From contig CAWJPJ010000005.1 in NCBI GenBank assembly GCA_963844715.1, forward strand, positions 320,305 through 384,304: a stretch of DNA of 64,000 bases. Reading direction: 5' to 3'. Shown piece by piece: positions 1 through 10,903 of this stretch (position 1 is its first letter; the number at the start of each line of letters is the position of its first letter). The translations under genes and the position numbers were made by a program. The DNA is from an uncultured Phycisphaerales bacterium. Its GTDB lineage: Bacteria > Planctomycetota > Phycisphaerae > Tepidisphaerales > Tepidisphaeraceae. Under the pieces are notes generated by a model that saw nothing but the letters and a program-made list of their open reading frames with translations, was not told the DNA's origin and did not search any database.

Positions 1-270
1 GCAATCCCAACTTTAAGGCGCACCATGTGATTATCGTCGAATTCGTGAAATTACCGTATATGCAGGGTCGTTAAAAGGGACGTGGGGTGGGGTGGTTGCA
101 CCTTGGAGACGACCAATGGACGGCTATCCGCTGGCTTTGGATGACCGCGCGTTGCGTGACGCTCAAAAAATCTATTCAAAAAGCGCACGCGGCGCTTGCC
201 TTGGTTGCGAAGCGGTTGCTACATTACGAACCGTATTTTCGGACCATAATTTGCTGGCGGGCAGCTTCAC

Positions 271-1621
271 ATGAACGATTGGAGCGAGGCCGAACATCGC
301 GTCGAAAAGGCGCAGTGCTTCTTCGAGCAGCGCAAATGGAACGACGCGCTTCGCGAGTTGAAGCTGGCGACGCAGGTCAATCCCTACAATTCGTCCTGGT
401 TCTTTAATATGGGGTTGATCCTGGACGAAATGGGCCGGTTCGAAGAGGCGGCCGAGGCGTATCAGGAGGCGACCCGGATCGATCCGCACGATCTGTCGAC
501 TCTGAATCACCTGGGGGTGGCGCAGTTCCGTGTGGGCCGGCACGATCAGGCGGTGGCCACCTTTAAGCAGATCGAATCGATCGACGCGACATACGAGCCG
601 GCGTATTGCAATCGAATCATCGTTTACGCCCAGCTCGGGCAACATGAGCTGGCCGAGGAGATGTTTTACACCGCTCGGCTGTACAAGGAGCATTGCCCGC
701 ATTGCTTTTACAACATGGGGTGCAGCCTGGAGGCGCGCGGGCTATACGACAAGGCGATCTTCTGCTGGACCCGGGCCCTGGATTTGCAGGGAGGGCAGGG
801 GGACGTTTATGTCCGCATCGGGCATGCACTTTGGAAAAAGCGCGAGCTGGAACAGGCGCGGCGATCGTTTCTGACCGATCTGCGGCTGAATCCAGGGCGG
901 CACGCGTACGCTTCTCGATTTGGGCGAATTACTAATCGAAATGGGCCGGGCCGAGGAGGCCGCCGAGAAATTCCGGCGCGCCATCGAGCTTGCGCCGAAC
1001 GAAGCCGGGGGACATTATCATCTCGGTCGTCTGCTGCTGCGCAACGGGCGGGAAGACGAGGCGCTCGACTGCTTCGTCAGCGTGCTGGAGCTGGATCCGA
1101 CTTATGTCGGGGCCCATCTCGGCGTGGGGAGGGTTTATTATGCCCGGCATCAACTGGCCGAAGCGCGCCGGGAGCTGCGCGCGGAGTTGCAGCTCCGACC
1201 GCAGAATTCCCGTATCCTGCTGGAATTGGGAAATTTGCTCATGGACTGCGGGGAAAGCCGGGCGGCGCTGGTTTGCCTGAAATCGCTGGTGGGGTTCGAT
1301 TCGGAATTTCTATCGGGCTGGCTAAATCTGGCCGTCGTGCAGTTTCATCGGCATCTTTGGCAGGAGGGGATCGCCAGTTGCATGACCGTTTTGAACAAGG
1401 ATTCGCAGAATGGTCTGGCGATGCACAATCTGGCGCTGGCCTATGAGCGCCTGGGGCAATATCGCAGCGCGCTGACGTGGGTTCGCCGGGCCCAGATGAT
1501 TTTGGGAGAGGATTCGGCGCTGCGGGCACTGGAACTTCGCGTGCGGCTGCTTTGGATCAAAGCGCGGACCATCAAGATGGCCCGGCATCTGAGAACGTTC
1601 TGGCCGGGGAATCGGCGCTAG
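271..1621 (+). CDS. Tetratricopeptide repeat protein (apparent frameshift near 900-920)
   Basis: Tandem TPR-like helical repeats in ORF 271.. continue in ORF 920..1621. Confidence 0.85.
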
Positions 1622-1641
1622 CGGGACATCGCGGGGTCTTT

Positions 1642-3369
1642 TTACGTTATTTTCGCCACAAGCAGGGTGACATCGTCGGTGCGGGTCGTGAAGCCGGCAA
1701 ATCGGCGCATCGACCAGACGATGTTTTGCGCCACCACGTCGGCGCTGGCCCCTCCCTGAAGGAATGCTTCAATTAATCGCTGCCGGCCGAAGGTTTCCTT
1801 ATGGAAATTCATGGCGTCGGTTAGTCCATCGGTGTAAAGCAGAAGAGTGTCGCCGACTCGAAGATCGACCAGGGATTGCGTGTATTTTTCGTCGGGATTG
1901 ACGCCCAGGACCATGTTGTCGCTGCCGAGTTCGATGATTTTGCCGTCGCGAAGGATGAGGGCGGGCGGGTGCCCGGCGTTGCAGTAGGTGAAGCGGCGGT
2001 TGCGGCCGTCGAGGACGCCATAAAATAGGGTGACGAATTCGCCGACGTTGCTGTCGCGGCGGACCATGAGATTGACGCGCCGGACGACTTCATAGAGGTA
2101 GTAAACGTTGTCGACCTGGGCGCGGAGGGCGGCGCGGACGGCGGCCATGGTCAGACTCGCGGGAATTCCTTTTCCGCTGACATCCGCGACAACGAGGCCG
2201 AGATTGTTGTAGGGCAACTGAATGAAGTCGTAAAAGTCGCCGCCCAAATCCTGGGAGGGGATGTAAATCGCGGAGAGATCAACGCCCGGGATGACAGGAG
2301 GCGTGTGGGGAATCATGCGCTGCTGCACCTGGGCAGCCATGTGGACCTGGCGCTCGAGCGCCTGGATTTGGATGGATTCCTCCAGGAGGCGCGCATTTTC
2401 GATGGCGGCCGCGGCCTGCGCCGCGATGGCTTTCATCAGGTCGATTTGCAATTGAGTGAAGGATCGCTCTTTGTCGGTGTAGACCCGAAGCACGCCGATT
2501 GGCCTGCCCTTGTAGCGCATGCCGACGGAGAGCATCGAGACGATTCCCTCGAGTTTGGATTCGCCGGGGTATTGGGAGCGGGGGTCTTCGCCGAGATTCT
2601 TCACGTATTCGTAACCCTTGCCCGCCAGGGCCTCGTGGTCGATCTGAGCTTTGCTGAGACGGATGGGACCCTTGTCGATGTATTGCCTCGAAAGATTGTG
2701 GACGGCCTTGATGACCAGTTCGTCGCGGTCTGAATCGACCAGGCGCAGAGAGGAAGCCTTGGTTTGCATGACCTCGGCGACCAGTTCGACGGTTTTTTGA
2801 AGGACCTTGTCGACGTTCCGCGCGTCGGACAGCATCATGGCGACGTCGTAAACGGCCGTCAGTTCGTTGATCCGCTGGCGAAGCTGGAATTCCTGATAAC
2901 AAAGCCGGGCGATGGCGTTCGCCAGCAAATAAAGGAATTGAATGGCGGCGGGGTTGCCGGCGCGGGACCGCAGAAGTTGCCCCGCGATTTGCCGCATTTG
3001 CTTTAGGTCAACCCCCAATTTTTCGGCCAGCTGAGTGAGCTTCGCCTCGTCAACCGGCATGGCGGGGCCGGCGGCGGACATGCGGATCGTGCCGAGCCGC
3101 TGGTTGGCGACCATGATGGGGGCGACGTACTCAGCGCCGGATTTCTGGGGGCCTTGGCGGGCGTCGTCCGCGGCGGCGGCATCAGCGATGGCGCGCTGGC
3201 GCTTGACGAATTCGGGGGTTGGAGCGGCCTGGGTGACGGTGTGGCCCTCGGCGTCGGCAATCGTCACTTTGACGTTTGCGACGGCAGCAAAACTATCTTG
3301 GATTTCCTGAAGGGTGGGCAGATCCAAAAAGTCCGTGAGCTTCAGGTGGTCGGAGCCAAACTGCGTCAT
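1642..3369 (-). CDS. PocR-like sensor + GAF + PP2C/SpoIIE (RsbU-like) Ser/Thr phosphatase
   Basis: N-terminal LxDFLDLPTLQEIQDSF PocR-like start; GAF segment; GGDFYD, VADVSGKG, NAGHPP, YTDG, DDVT phosphatase motifs. Confidence 0.88.
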   Translation of the reverse strand: MTQFGSDHLKLTDFLDLPTLQEIQDSFAAVANVKVTIADAEGHTVTQAAPTPEFVKRQRAIADAAAADDARQGPQKSGAEYVAPIMVANQRLGTIRMSAAGPAMPVDEAKLTQLAEKLGVDLKQMRQIAGQLLRSRAGNPAAIQFLYLLANAIARLCYQEFQLRQRINELTAVYDVAMMLSDARNVDKVLQKTVELVAEVMQTKASSLRLVDSDRDELVIKAVHNLSRQYIDKGPIRLSKAQIDHEALAGKGYEYVKNLGEDPRSQYPGESKLEGIVSMLSVGMRYKGRPIGVLRVYTDKERSFTQLQIDLMKAIAAQAAAAIENARLLEESIQIQALERQVHMAAQVQQRMIPHTPPVIPGVDLSAIYIPSQDLGGDFYDFIQLPYNNLGLVVADVSGKGIPASLTMAAVRAALRAQVDNVYYLYEVVRRVNLMVRRDSNVGEFVTLFYGVLDGRNRRFTYCNAGHPPALILRDGKIIELGSDNMVLGVNPDEKYTQSLVDLRVGDTLLLYTDGLTDAMNFHKETFGRQRLIEAFLQGGASADVVAQNIVWSMRRFAGFTTRTDDVTLLVAKIT

Positions 3370-3488
3370 CAATTCTCCGCTACGCAAGCGCTATCCGCCC
3401 ATCCGTGGGCGGAGGCGAAATTGTAAGTACCCCGGCCCTTCAATCAACGTGAGGAGGTGCCCTATAATCGATCTTTTACGAGAGGCCG

Positions 3489-4253
3489 ATGGACGAGCCA
3501 TTGAATTATATCGAGCGAGGCTGCGGACCTGCGGTTGTGCTATTGCACGGATTTCCGCTGGACTCCCGCGTGTGGGAGGGGCAGCTTGAGGAACTCGCCG
3601 ATGAGTTTCGAGTGATCGCGCTGGATTTGCCGGGATTTGGGAAATCCGTTTCGATCGGGAAATTCACGATCGAGTCGCTGGCGGATATTGTGAGGAAGAC
3701 GCTGGAGCGGATGGGGGCGCTGCCCTGCGTGCTGGGTGGATTGTCGATGGGGGGATATGTGGCGCAAGCTTTTGTCTCCAAATATGCGCAGAGTTTGCGC
3801 GGCCTGATGCTGATTGATACGCGGCCGAACGCGGACTCGGAGCAGGGGAAAGTCGCCCGCAATGAAATGATCGAACTAGCCAGAACGCACGGTTCGTCGG
3901 CGGTGGCGGAGCAAATGATGCCCAAGATGCTCGCGCCGGGAGCCGCGTCGGACGTGACGGCCCGATTGAGGGCGATCATGAACGCCTGCCCCGCGGAGAC
4001 GATTCAAAATGCGGTGGCGGCGATGCGCGATCGGCCGGATTTTTCGACGATGCTGCAAAACTTGACGCTTCCGGCGCTGATTTTATGCGGGGAAATGGAC
4101 GTTCTTTCGCCGCCTGTGATCACGGAACAAATGCATCGTTTGGTCGCCGGATCGAATTTGGCAATGATCGCCGGGGCAGGGCACATGGCGCCGATGGAGC
4201 GGCCGAGAGAAGTTTCGGCGGCGATGCGGAGGTTTTTGAGAGCTTTGAAATGA
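3489..4253 (+). CDS. Alpha/beta fold hydrolase
   Basis: LLHGFP, DLPGFG, GLSMGG nucleophile elbow, AGH motifs. Confidence 0.9.
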   Translation: MDEPLNYIERGCGPAVVLLHGFPLDSRVWEGQLEELADEFRVIALDLPGFGKSVSIGKFTIESLADIVRKTLERMGALPCVLGGLSMGGYVAQAFVSKYAQSLRGLMLIDTRPNADSEQGKVARNEMIELARTHGSSAVAEQMMPKMLAPGAASDVTARLRAIMNACPAETIQNAVAAMRDRPDFSTMLQNLTLPALILCGEMDVLSPPVITEQMHRLVAGSNLAMIAGAGHMAPMERPREVSAAMRRFLRALK

Positions 4254-4407
4254 CGAAACTCGACTGATAAATGTGCGCTGGCATCCGCCATGGCGGGACG
4301 AACCAAATTCCAATGATCGAATGAACTCGGTCATTCGGTAATTCGGAAATTGAATCGTCCCGCCATGGCGGATGCCGGCGCACATTCGTCATTCGAATTT
4401 CGTCATT
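4249..4407. repeat. Long imperfect inverted repeat: two opposed copies of a dispersed AATGACGAA...GCATCCGCCATGGCGGGACGAA unit
   Basis: Left arm aatgacgaaactcgactgataaatgtgcgctggcatccgccatggcgggacga pairs with right arm tcgtcccgccatggcggatgccggcgcacattcgtcattcgaatttcgtcatt; a third copy lies at 12555. Confidence 0.85.
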
Positions 4408-4450
4408 CGTCAGTGTATGCTGGGCGGTCTAACTGGTGGAGCCTGGATTT

Positions 4451-5847
4451 ATGAATCGAGAACGAGCGGCCTGGATTATCAGCGTGGTGCTCCTGGCGAT
4501 CCTGGCGTTTCAACTTCCCGGGTCGTGGGCGCAGCGAAGCGACGATTATGACTGGGTGCGCACGCTGGTTGAAGTTCATCGGCAAGTGCTCGACAACTAC
4601 GTTGAGCCGGTGGACGATCAGGAACTGAAGGAGAAGTCGATCGAGGGGATGCTCAGCGACCTCGATCCGTACACGATTTACGTGCCGCCGGAGAAGGAAA
4701 CGCAGTTTGAAGAAATGATCGAGGGGAAGTTCAACGGCGTGGGGATCACGCTGGACAAGGAAGACGGAAAGATTCTGGTTCTCTCGCCGTTGGAGGGATC
4801 GCCGGCCGATCGCGCCGGGATCGAGGCGGGTGACGTGATCGTGAAAGTGAACGGGGATTCGACGGAAAATTGGCTGATTGACGACGTGGTGAAACATGTG
4901 ACGGGCGAAGCGGGCACGAAAGTGACGCTGACGATCGAGCGCGACGGCAAGGACATGGATTTTACCATGACGCGCGAGGAGATCGTTCTGCCGACGGTGG
5001 TCGGGTATGACCGGGCGAAGGACGCTTCGTGGAATTATTGGGTGAGCAACGATCCGAAGATCGCGTACATTCGCATTACGCAGTTTGACTCCAACACGTT
5101 TGACACGCTGAACAGCATTCTGGAGGGGGTGCCGCCGACGCCCGGCACGCCGGGGAAACAGGGGCTGATGCAGGGCGGGCTGAAGGGCCTGATCATCGAT
5201 TTGAGATTTAATCCCGGCGGCCAGCTCGATCAGGCGATCAAAGTGGTGAATATGTTCGTGAAGAACGGGGTGATCGTAACAACCAAGGGCGCAACCGGCC
5301 TGAGAATGTGAATCGCGCGGATGGAACGGCGACGCTGACGGATTTCCCGATGATCGTGCTGGTGAACGATCATTCCGCCAGCGCGGCGGAAATCGTTTCC
5401 GGCAGCCTGAAGGATAATCACCGGGCTCTGGTGGTCGGGCAGCGAACCTTCGGCAAAGGGTCGGTGCAGGAAGTCGTGCCTCTGAATGGCGACGGCGGTG
5501 AATTGAAGATCACGGTGGCGTATTACTATTTGCCGAGCGGTCGCCTGGTGCATCGGAAGAAGAACGCGACGGACTGGGGCGTTGAGCCGCAGATCATTGT
5601 GCCGGTGGATGAGGCCGGGGAGCGAGAAATCCGGGAGCAGATGGCCAGGCGGGATACGATCCGTCGCCCGGCGGCGACGATGACGGCATCCACCGCCCCA
5701 TCCATTTTGGCCGGAGTTGCCGCGACGGAGCCGTCCACCCAGCCGGTCGATCCGCAATTGCAACAGGGATTGAATACGATGATCGGATTGATTTTCCTGA
5801 ATCAGACGGCGCCGCCGGCCTCGCAGCCTTCGGCAATAGCCAATTGA
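4451..5847 (+). CDS. ctpA: S41 family carboxy-terminal protease (apparent frameshift near 5300)
   Basis: LDPYT, PDZ domain, DLRFNPGG, SASAAEIV, TFGKGSVQ motifs over two frames. Confidence 0.88.
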
Positions 5848-5854
5848 AAACGCA

Positions 5855-5922
5855 TAGTTGCTGGTTGCTAGTTGTAAGTTGCTAGGGGGAAGTTTTCGCT
5901 AGCAACTAACAACTAGCAACTA
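5855..5922. repeat. Heptamer (TAGTTGC)n tandem repeat with inverted (GCAACTA)n copy
   Basis: tagttgc-tggttgc-tagttgt-aagttgc-tag followed by ctagcaactaacaactagcaacta. Confidence 0.8.
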
Positions 5923-5927
5923 TTTTT

Positions 5928-7006
5928 ATGTTGATCCTCGGCGTTGAATCGACCTGCGATGAGACAGCGGCGGCGGTTGTCGCCGAGGGCGGGCGGGTTC
6001 TAAGTAATATTGTCTCCAGCCAGGTGGATTTGCATGCTCGGTATCGGGGGGTGGTGCCGGAGATTGCCAGCCGGGCGCATATCGAGAACATCTTGCCGGT
6101 GGTAAAGGAGAGTTTGCAGACCGCGGGGGTGGGTCTGGACGAAATCGATGGGGTCGCGGTTTCACAGCGGCCCGGGTTAATTGGATCACTTTTGATCGGG
6201 GTTACGGCGGCGAAGACCTTGGCGTGGAGTTTGGGGAAGCCGCTGATCGGGGTGGATCATGTGCATGCGCACTTGTATAGCGTTTGTCTCGGGCAGCCAT
6301 CGAAGCATGAAGAAATGCCCCTCACCCCTGCCCTCTCCCCGGAGTACCGGGGAGAGGGAGTAAGAATGCCGGCGGTGGGATTGGTTTGTAGCGGGGGGCA
6401 TACGGCACTGTATCGGCTCAAGGATTGGCTGGATGTCGAACTCGTTGGATCGACCTTGGATGACGCAGTGGGGGAGGCGTACGACAAAGCGGCGGCGATT
6501 CTGGGTTTGCCGTATCCGGGGGGACCGGTGATCGATAAGCTGGCGGCGGAGGGTAATCCGAAGGCCATCAAATTTCCGCGCAGCTTACTGGGGCGGGAAT
6601 CATTGGATTTCTCGTTCAGCGGACTCAAGACGGCCCTGCTTTATCGGATTCGAGGATATCAGGGGAGGGAGAGGGATGCGAAAAAGCTTTCGGCCGCGGA
6701 ACTGGCGGATGTCGCGTCGTCGTTTCAGGCGGCTTGCGTGGATGTAATGGTCGAGAAAATCCGCCGGGCGGTCCGGCGGTTCTCGGCCAAGAGCGTAATC
6801 GTCGGCGGGGGCGTCTCCGCGAACAGCGGTTTGCCGCGGCATTGGCGAAGTTCGATTGGCCCGTGTATTTTCCACCGCTGAAGTATTGCACGGACAACGC
6901 CGCGATGATCGCCGCTTTGGGACACCTGCTCCTGGCGGCGGGCCGAACCAGCGGATTGGATTTGGATGCGATCACGACCAGTCAATTCGCAGACGTATCG
7001 GCTTAA
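5928..7006 (+). CDS. tsaD: tRNA N6-threonylcarbamoyltransferase TsaD (apparent frameshift near 6835)
   Basis: LGVESTCDETAAA, HVHAH, SGGHT, DDAVGEAYDK, FSFSGLKT, CTDNAAMIA motifs. Confidence 0.95.
6318..6360. repeat. REP-like palindrome inserted in frame within tsaD
   Basis: Perfect 12-bp stem ccctctccccgg/agta/ccggggagaggg at 6331-6358, translated as PLTPALSPEYRGEG. Confidence 0.8.
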
Positions 7007-7814
7007 AAAGCTGCCGCCTCGCCCGGTGGAGGGACATAAGGGCCTGTTCGGCCGCGTGCTGGTCGTCGGGGGAAATGACGAGATGATCGGCGCGCCGGCC
7101 CTTGCGGCAACGGCGGCGCTGCGGATGGGGAGCGGGCTCGTGCAGGTTGCGGTCCCGCGGGCGATTCTTGCGGCGGTTCTCACAATTATCCCCGAGGCAA
7201 TCGGATTGGCCTTGGACGAATCGCGCGCCGATCTGCAAAAACTGGAGGACGCGGCCGACAAAGCGGACGTTTTGGTGGTCGGGCCGGGGATGGGGAAGTC
7301 GGCGGCGGTGGGGAAGCGGATTATGGCGCTTCTCAGTTCCGGCAAGCCCGCCGTGGTGGACGCCGATGCGCTGAATTACCTGGCTTCGTTATCCAAATGG
7401 CCGGCGAGTTTTAAGGGTCCGGCGGTATTGACGCCGCATCCCGGCGAAATGCATCGCCTCACGAAAAAGACGGTGCCGACGGATGACGGAGGGCGAATCA
7501 AGCTTGCCATGACTACGGCGTGTTCGACTGGGAAGATTCTCGTGCTAAAGGGACATAAAACCGTCGTGACGGACGGGAATCGGATTTACGTCAATCACAC
7601 CGGCGACAGTTCGCTATCCAAAGCCGGGGCGGGGGATGTGCTGAGCGGGATAATCGCGTCGCTCATCGGCCAAAAGATCGAGATTTTCGACGCGGCTTGT
7701 TTGGGGGTGCATTTGCACGGATTGGCCGGGGCGATCGCCGGCCAGATTCTCGGGCGGCGATGCGTTTTGGCGCGGGATGTGATTGATTCGATTTCGGATG
7801 CGATGCGGCAGTAG
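6966..7814 (+). CDS. nnrD: ADP-dependent NAD(P)H-hydrate dehydratase (start uncertain)
   Basis: HKGxFGRVLVVGG, GPGMG, DADAL, LTPHPGE, GAGDVLSG motifs. Confidence 0.9.
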   Translation: MRSRPVNSQTYRLKKLPPRPVEGHKGLFGRVLVVGGNDEMIGAPALAATAALRMGSGLVQVAVPRAILAAVLTIIPEAIGLALDESRADLQKLEDAADKADVLVVGPGMGKSAAVGKRIMALLSSGKPAVVDADALNYLASLSKWPASFKGPAVLTPHPGEMHRLTKKTVPTDDGGRIKLAMTTACSTGKILVLKGHKTVVTDGNRIYVNHTGDSSLSKAGAGDVLSGIIASLIGQKIEIFDAACLGVHLHGLAGAIAGQILGRRCVLARDVIDSISDAMRQ

Positions 7815-8046
7815 GTTCGTCGATACAGTGCCGAAGGCTCTCATACTCCTGGATCATGTCGGTCAACACGTCGAGATAGGCCGCCTGGTCTTTGCTGAGG
7901 TTGATCGAACCAACTAGCGCCCCGGCCATCCATAGCGCATGGTCGTATTTCACTTCATCGCGCAGGGGCTGCAATGGAAACAGGCGCACCAATTCGGCGT
8001 AAGCCTTGGGAATGGATTTGGAGTTTTGCTTCCTTGAGCGAACCAT
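7663..8046 (-). pseudogene. HigA-like antitoxin N-terminal fragment, no HTH and no cognate toxin
   Basis: FPLQPLRDEVKYDHAL...DQAAYLDVLTDMIQEYE resembles the HigA N-terminal region; similarity stops near 7815 where the ORF runs antisense into nnrD. Confidence 0.55.
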
Positions 8047-8121
8047 TCGGTTCTCCATTCTCATTCCTCGGGGCGATGTCGCATATGCGTCGGGATCTCT
8101 TGGACCGGAATTGCGTCCCCA

Positions 8122-8847
8122 TTATTTTCCCGCATGAATCGTCAAATACCCCATCACCACAACCGCGATCACAGCCCCGATAGACAGAAATACCGCCGCC
8201 GCCATCATGGCTGTAAATCGAGCAGCCTGCCGGCGGAGGATTTGGTCCAGGTCCGCATCGCGCGAGGAAAGATTGTCGCGAATGTTGCAGAGGACCTGGG
8301 TGCCGGCGGCGGAGTTTTTGCTCACGGATTCAAGGGCGGACCCGACGGTGTGGAGACTGTCGGCCATCGCTTTGTCCTGCTCGTTTAAGGTTTCGACGCG
8401 GACGCGAAGGCCTTCGAGGAGGTCTTTTTGATCGCCGTGGGCGTCGGCTAATTTTTGCAGGATCTCGCCGAGCTTGCCTTGCTGGTCGGATTGGGAGACG
8501 AGTTGCTGTTGGATGGCCTTGACAGTGTCGCCTTGCATGCGAATGGCGTCGGGGAGAGTCTCCAGGACCTTGGGGAGGGCGGAGACTTGCGCGAGGAGTT
8601 CGTCCTGGCGGCGGCCCTGGCTTTCCATGTTCTGCCGGATCGAAGACATCAACTCGGTCAGAAGGGAAAACCCTTCCTGCAACTGAGCGATCGCGGCGTT
8701 GTTGCGTCCCCAGGGACGAAGCGCGACAGGCCTCGTTTCGACGACGACGGAAGGCTTGGCGGAATTGTCCGGTTCGGAGTGTCCGTTGGTTGAATCCGAT
8801 CGGCGAAAGATTTTCCCCAAACGGCCGAAGAATGTGACTGAACTCAT
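8122..8847 (-). CDS. Hypothetical coiled-coil protein with C-terminal transmembrane helix
   Basis: GGAGG RBS, heptad-rich body, hydrophobic C-terminus. Confidence 0.75.
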   Translation of the reverse strand: MSSVTFFGRLGKIFRRSDSTNGHSEPDNSAKPSVVVETRPVALRPWGRNNAAIAQLQEGFSLLTELMSSIRQNMESQGRRQDELLAQVSALPKVLETLPDAIRMQGDTVKAIQQQLVSQSDQQGKLGEILQKLADAHGDQKDLLEGLRVRVETLNEQDKAMADSLHTVGSALESVSKNSAAGTQVLCNIRDNLSSRDADLDQILRRQAARFTAMMAAAVFLSIGAVIAVVVMGYLTIHAGK

Positions 8848-8935
8848 AGCGAAGCCTCCGTGCGAGCGCCAGCGGGATTTGCAGCGATTTTGCGGCAAAT
8901 GTACCATCCGCGCGACAAGGATCAAGAGAGGAAAC

Positions 8936-9052
8936 CCGAAATCAGAAACCAGAATGACGAATCAATGCCCGAATGCCCGAATGACCCAATGTCCAAAGTC
9001 ATTGGGAAATTCGGTCATTCATTCGTCCTTCGTCATTTATCATTCGTCATTT
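8936..9052. repeat. AATGACG/CGTCATT heptamer-type inverted repeat overlapping the start of the binding-protein gene
   Basis: gaatgacgaatcaatgcccgaatgcccgaatgacccaatg ... ggtcattcattcgtccttcgtcatttatcattcgtcatt. Confidence 0.75.
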
Positions 9053-9897
9053 GGCTAATCTGCGCGGGTCTCGTGCTCGCGGGATGTGAGCGCGAGGAGG
9101 TTAGGGGAACTCCTCCTCGGATCGCATCGGTGACTCCTGCCGGTACGGATTTGTTGATCGCGGTTGGGGGGGCGGATCATCTGGTGGCCGTGAGCAATTA
9201 TGATGACGATCGTGAGGGAATCACTGGCAAGCCCCGGATTGGGGATTATTCGAATGTGGATTGGGAGAAACTGGCTTCGGTGCATGCGCAGTATTTGCTG
9301 TTGCAGGAGTCGCCGGATCGAGTTTCGGATGCGATCAAGGAGCGATGCACGGAATTGGGGATCGCAATCGTTAACTTGAAGATAGAGACGATTCAGGACA
9401 TTGAGAATACGATGGCGACGCTTGGCTCGTTGGTGTCGCCGGCAGCAACGACTCAGCCTGCTGTGGGCCAGTTGGAGGCGAAGCTGTCGCGGGTAGAGGC
9501 GCGCGTCAGCGGGCGGCCGAAGGCCCGCACTTTGATTGTGACCAGCGATGACGGATTGAGCGTGGCGGGGCCAGGGACTTTTTTGGATGAGCTGCTGACC
9601 ATGGCAGGGGGAGAAAACGTGGCGGCCAGGCTGGGGCGGAGATACGCCGTGGTTGAGCCGGAGATGCTTTTGTCGATGTCGCCGGAGGTGGTGATTCAGT
9701 TGGTTCCGGATGGGGATCGGACGCCGCAGGTGATGGATCAGGCGAAGCGGTTCTGGTCGCAGATGGGAAGTTTGCCGGCGGTGAAAAATAATCGGGTTTA
9801 CATTTTGACGGACTGGTTTGCGCTGGAGCCGGGCTCACACGTTGGGGAACTGGCTGAAGAATTCGCGGACTGCCTGCATCCCGAGACGAAGCAATGA
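8989..9897 (+). CDS. ABC transporter substrate-binding lipoprotein, helical-backbone (BtuF/siderophore) family
   Basis: LVLAGC lipobox, RIASVTPAGTDLL, GPGTFLDELL, PAVKNNRV motifs; start uncertain. Confidence 0.85.
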   Translation: MSKVIGKFGHSFVLRHLSFVIWLICAGLVLAGCEREEVRGTPPRIASVTPAGTDLLIAVGGADHLVAVSNYDDDREGITGKPRIGDYSNVDWEKLASVHAQYLLLQESPDRVSDAIKERCTELGIAIVNLKIETIQDIENTMATLGSLVSPAATTQPAVGQLEAKLSRVEARVSGRPKARTLIVTSDDGLSVAGPGTFLDELLTMAGGENVAARLGRRYAVVEPEMLLSMSPEVVIQLVPDGDRTPQVMDQAKRFWSQMGSLPAVKNNRVYILTDWFALEPGSHVGELAEEFADCLHPETKQ

Positions 9898-10900
9898 GGC
9901 GATGGAATTGGGAAGAATTGGGCAAGACAAGCGGAATCGCCGCGGGAGTGGCGGTGGCGTGGGGGCTGGTCTGCTTGCTCGTGGGATCGACGGGGGTCCA
10001 TTGGCCGAACTGGGTGGAGTTCAAGTTCCGCCTCGAGTCGGTATGGGATTCGGCAATGATCGGCTTGGCGCTGGCCGCCGCCGGAGCCGTCTATCAGGCG
10101 ATTCTGCGAAATCCCCTGGCCGATCCCTATCTCCTCGGAGTGAGCAGCGGCGCGTCCCTGGCCGGATTTCTCTGGAGATTGCCGATCTTCGCTCTGGCGA
10201 GCGGCTCGATTGGTTTTCTCTCGGCGATCAGCCAGCAGGGCTTCGCATTCGCGGGGGCGCTTCTGGCGGTGATCGTTGTCCTGGGACTCGCGGGGTGGCG
10301 CGGGCGCATCGATCCGGTGACGCTGGTGCTCATCGGCGTGATCGTAAACGCCGTGAACGGGTCGATTTTCTGCTCATCAATGCCCTGGTGCACGATCTCC
10401 CCGCCAGCGGCGGGCCAATGGCGTTTTTGGTCGGAGGCGTGCAAGTCATCACGCATTGGCAGCGGGCCGCGGTGTCCGGATTGATTCTTCTGGGGACGGT
10501 GTTTCTCGGGCTGATCAGCGGCGTGCTCAACGCGGCGGGACTTGAAGACGCCGAGGCGCACGGGCTGGGCGTATCGATTCAGAAAGTTCGTTGGATGGGA
10601 TTGATCGGGGCGTCCCTGGTAACCAGCGCGGCGGTTTGCGTAGGCGGGCCGATCGGATTTGTGGGACTGGTCAGCCCGCACATTGGGCGCCTTTTTGTGG
10701 GGCCGGACCAGCGCAAGCTATTTCCCATCTCCGCGGCCATCGGCGCGATCCTGGTCATGGCGGCGGATGCCCTGTCCCGATACCTGGCGGCGGAAAATCG
10801 ATTGGGGACCCAACTTCAAATCGGAATTTTGACCGGATTGCTCGGCGGTCCATTTTTCCTGTGGCTCCTGCTGAAATCCCGATCACTAGCGCGGAAATGA
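9894..10900 (+). CDS. FecCD/BtuC family ABC permease (apparent frameshift near 10370)
   Basis: RNPLADPYLLGVSSGA, GPIGFVGLVSPH, GGPFFLWLL motifs. Confidence 0.9.
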
Positions 10901-10903
10901 TTT

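Noticed and set aside
8850..8990. Riboswitch upstream of the Btu-like ABC operon
   Set aside because: No B12 box or other consensus is present; the structure is explained by the heptamer repeat.
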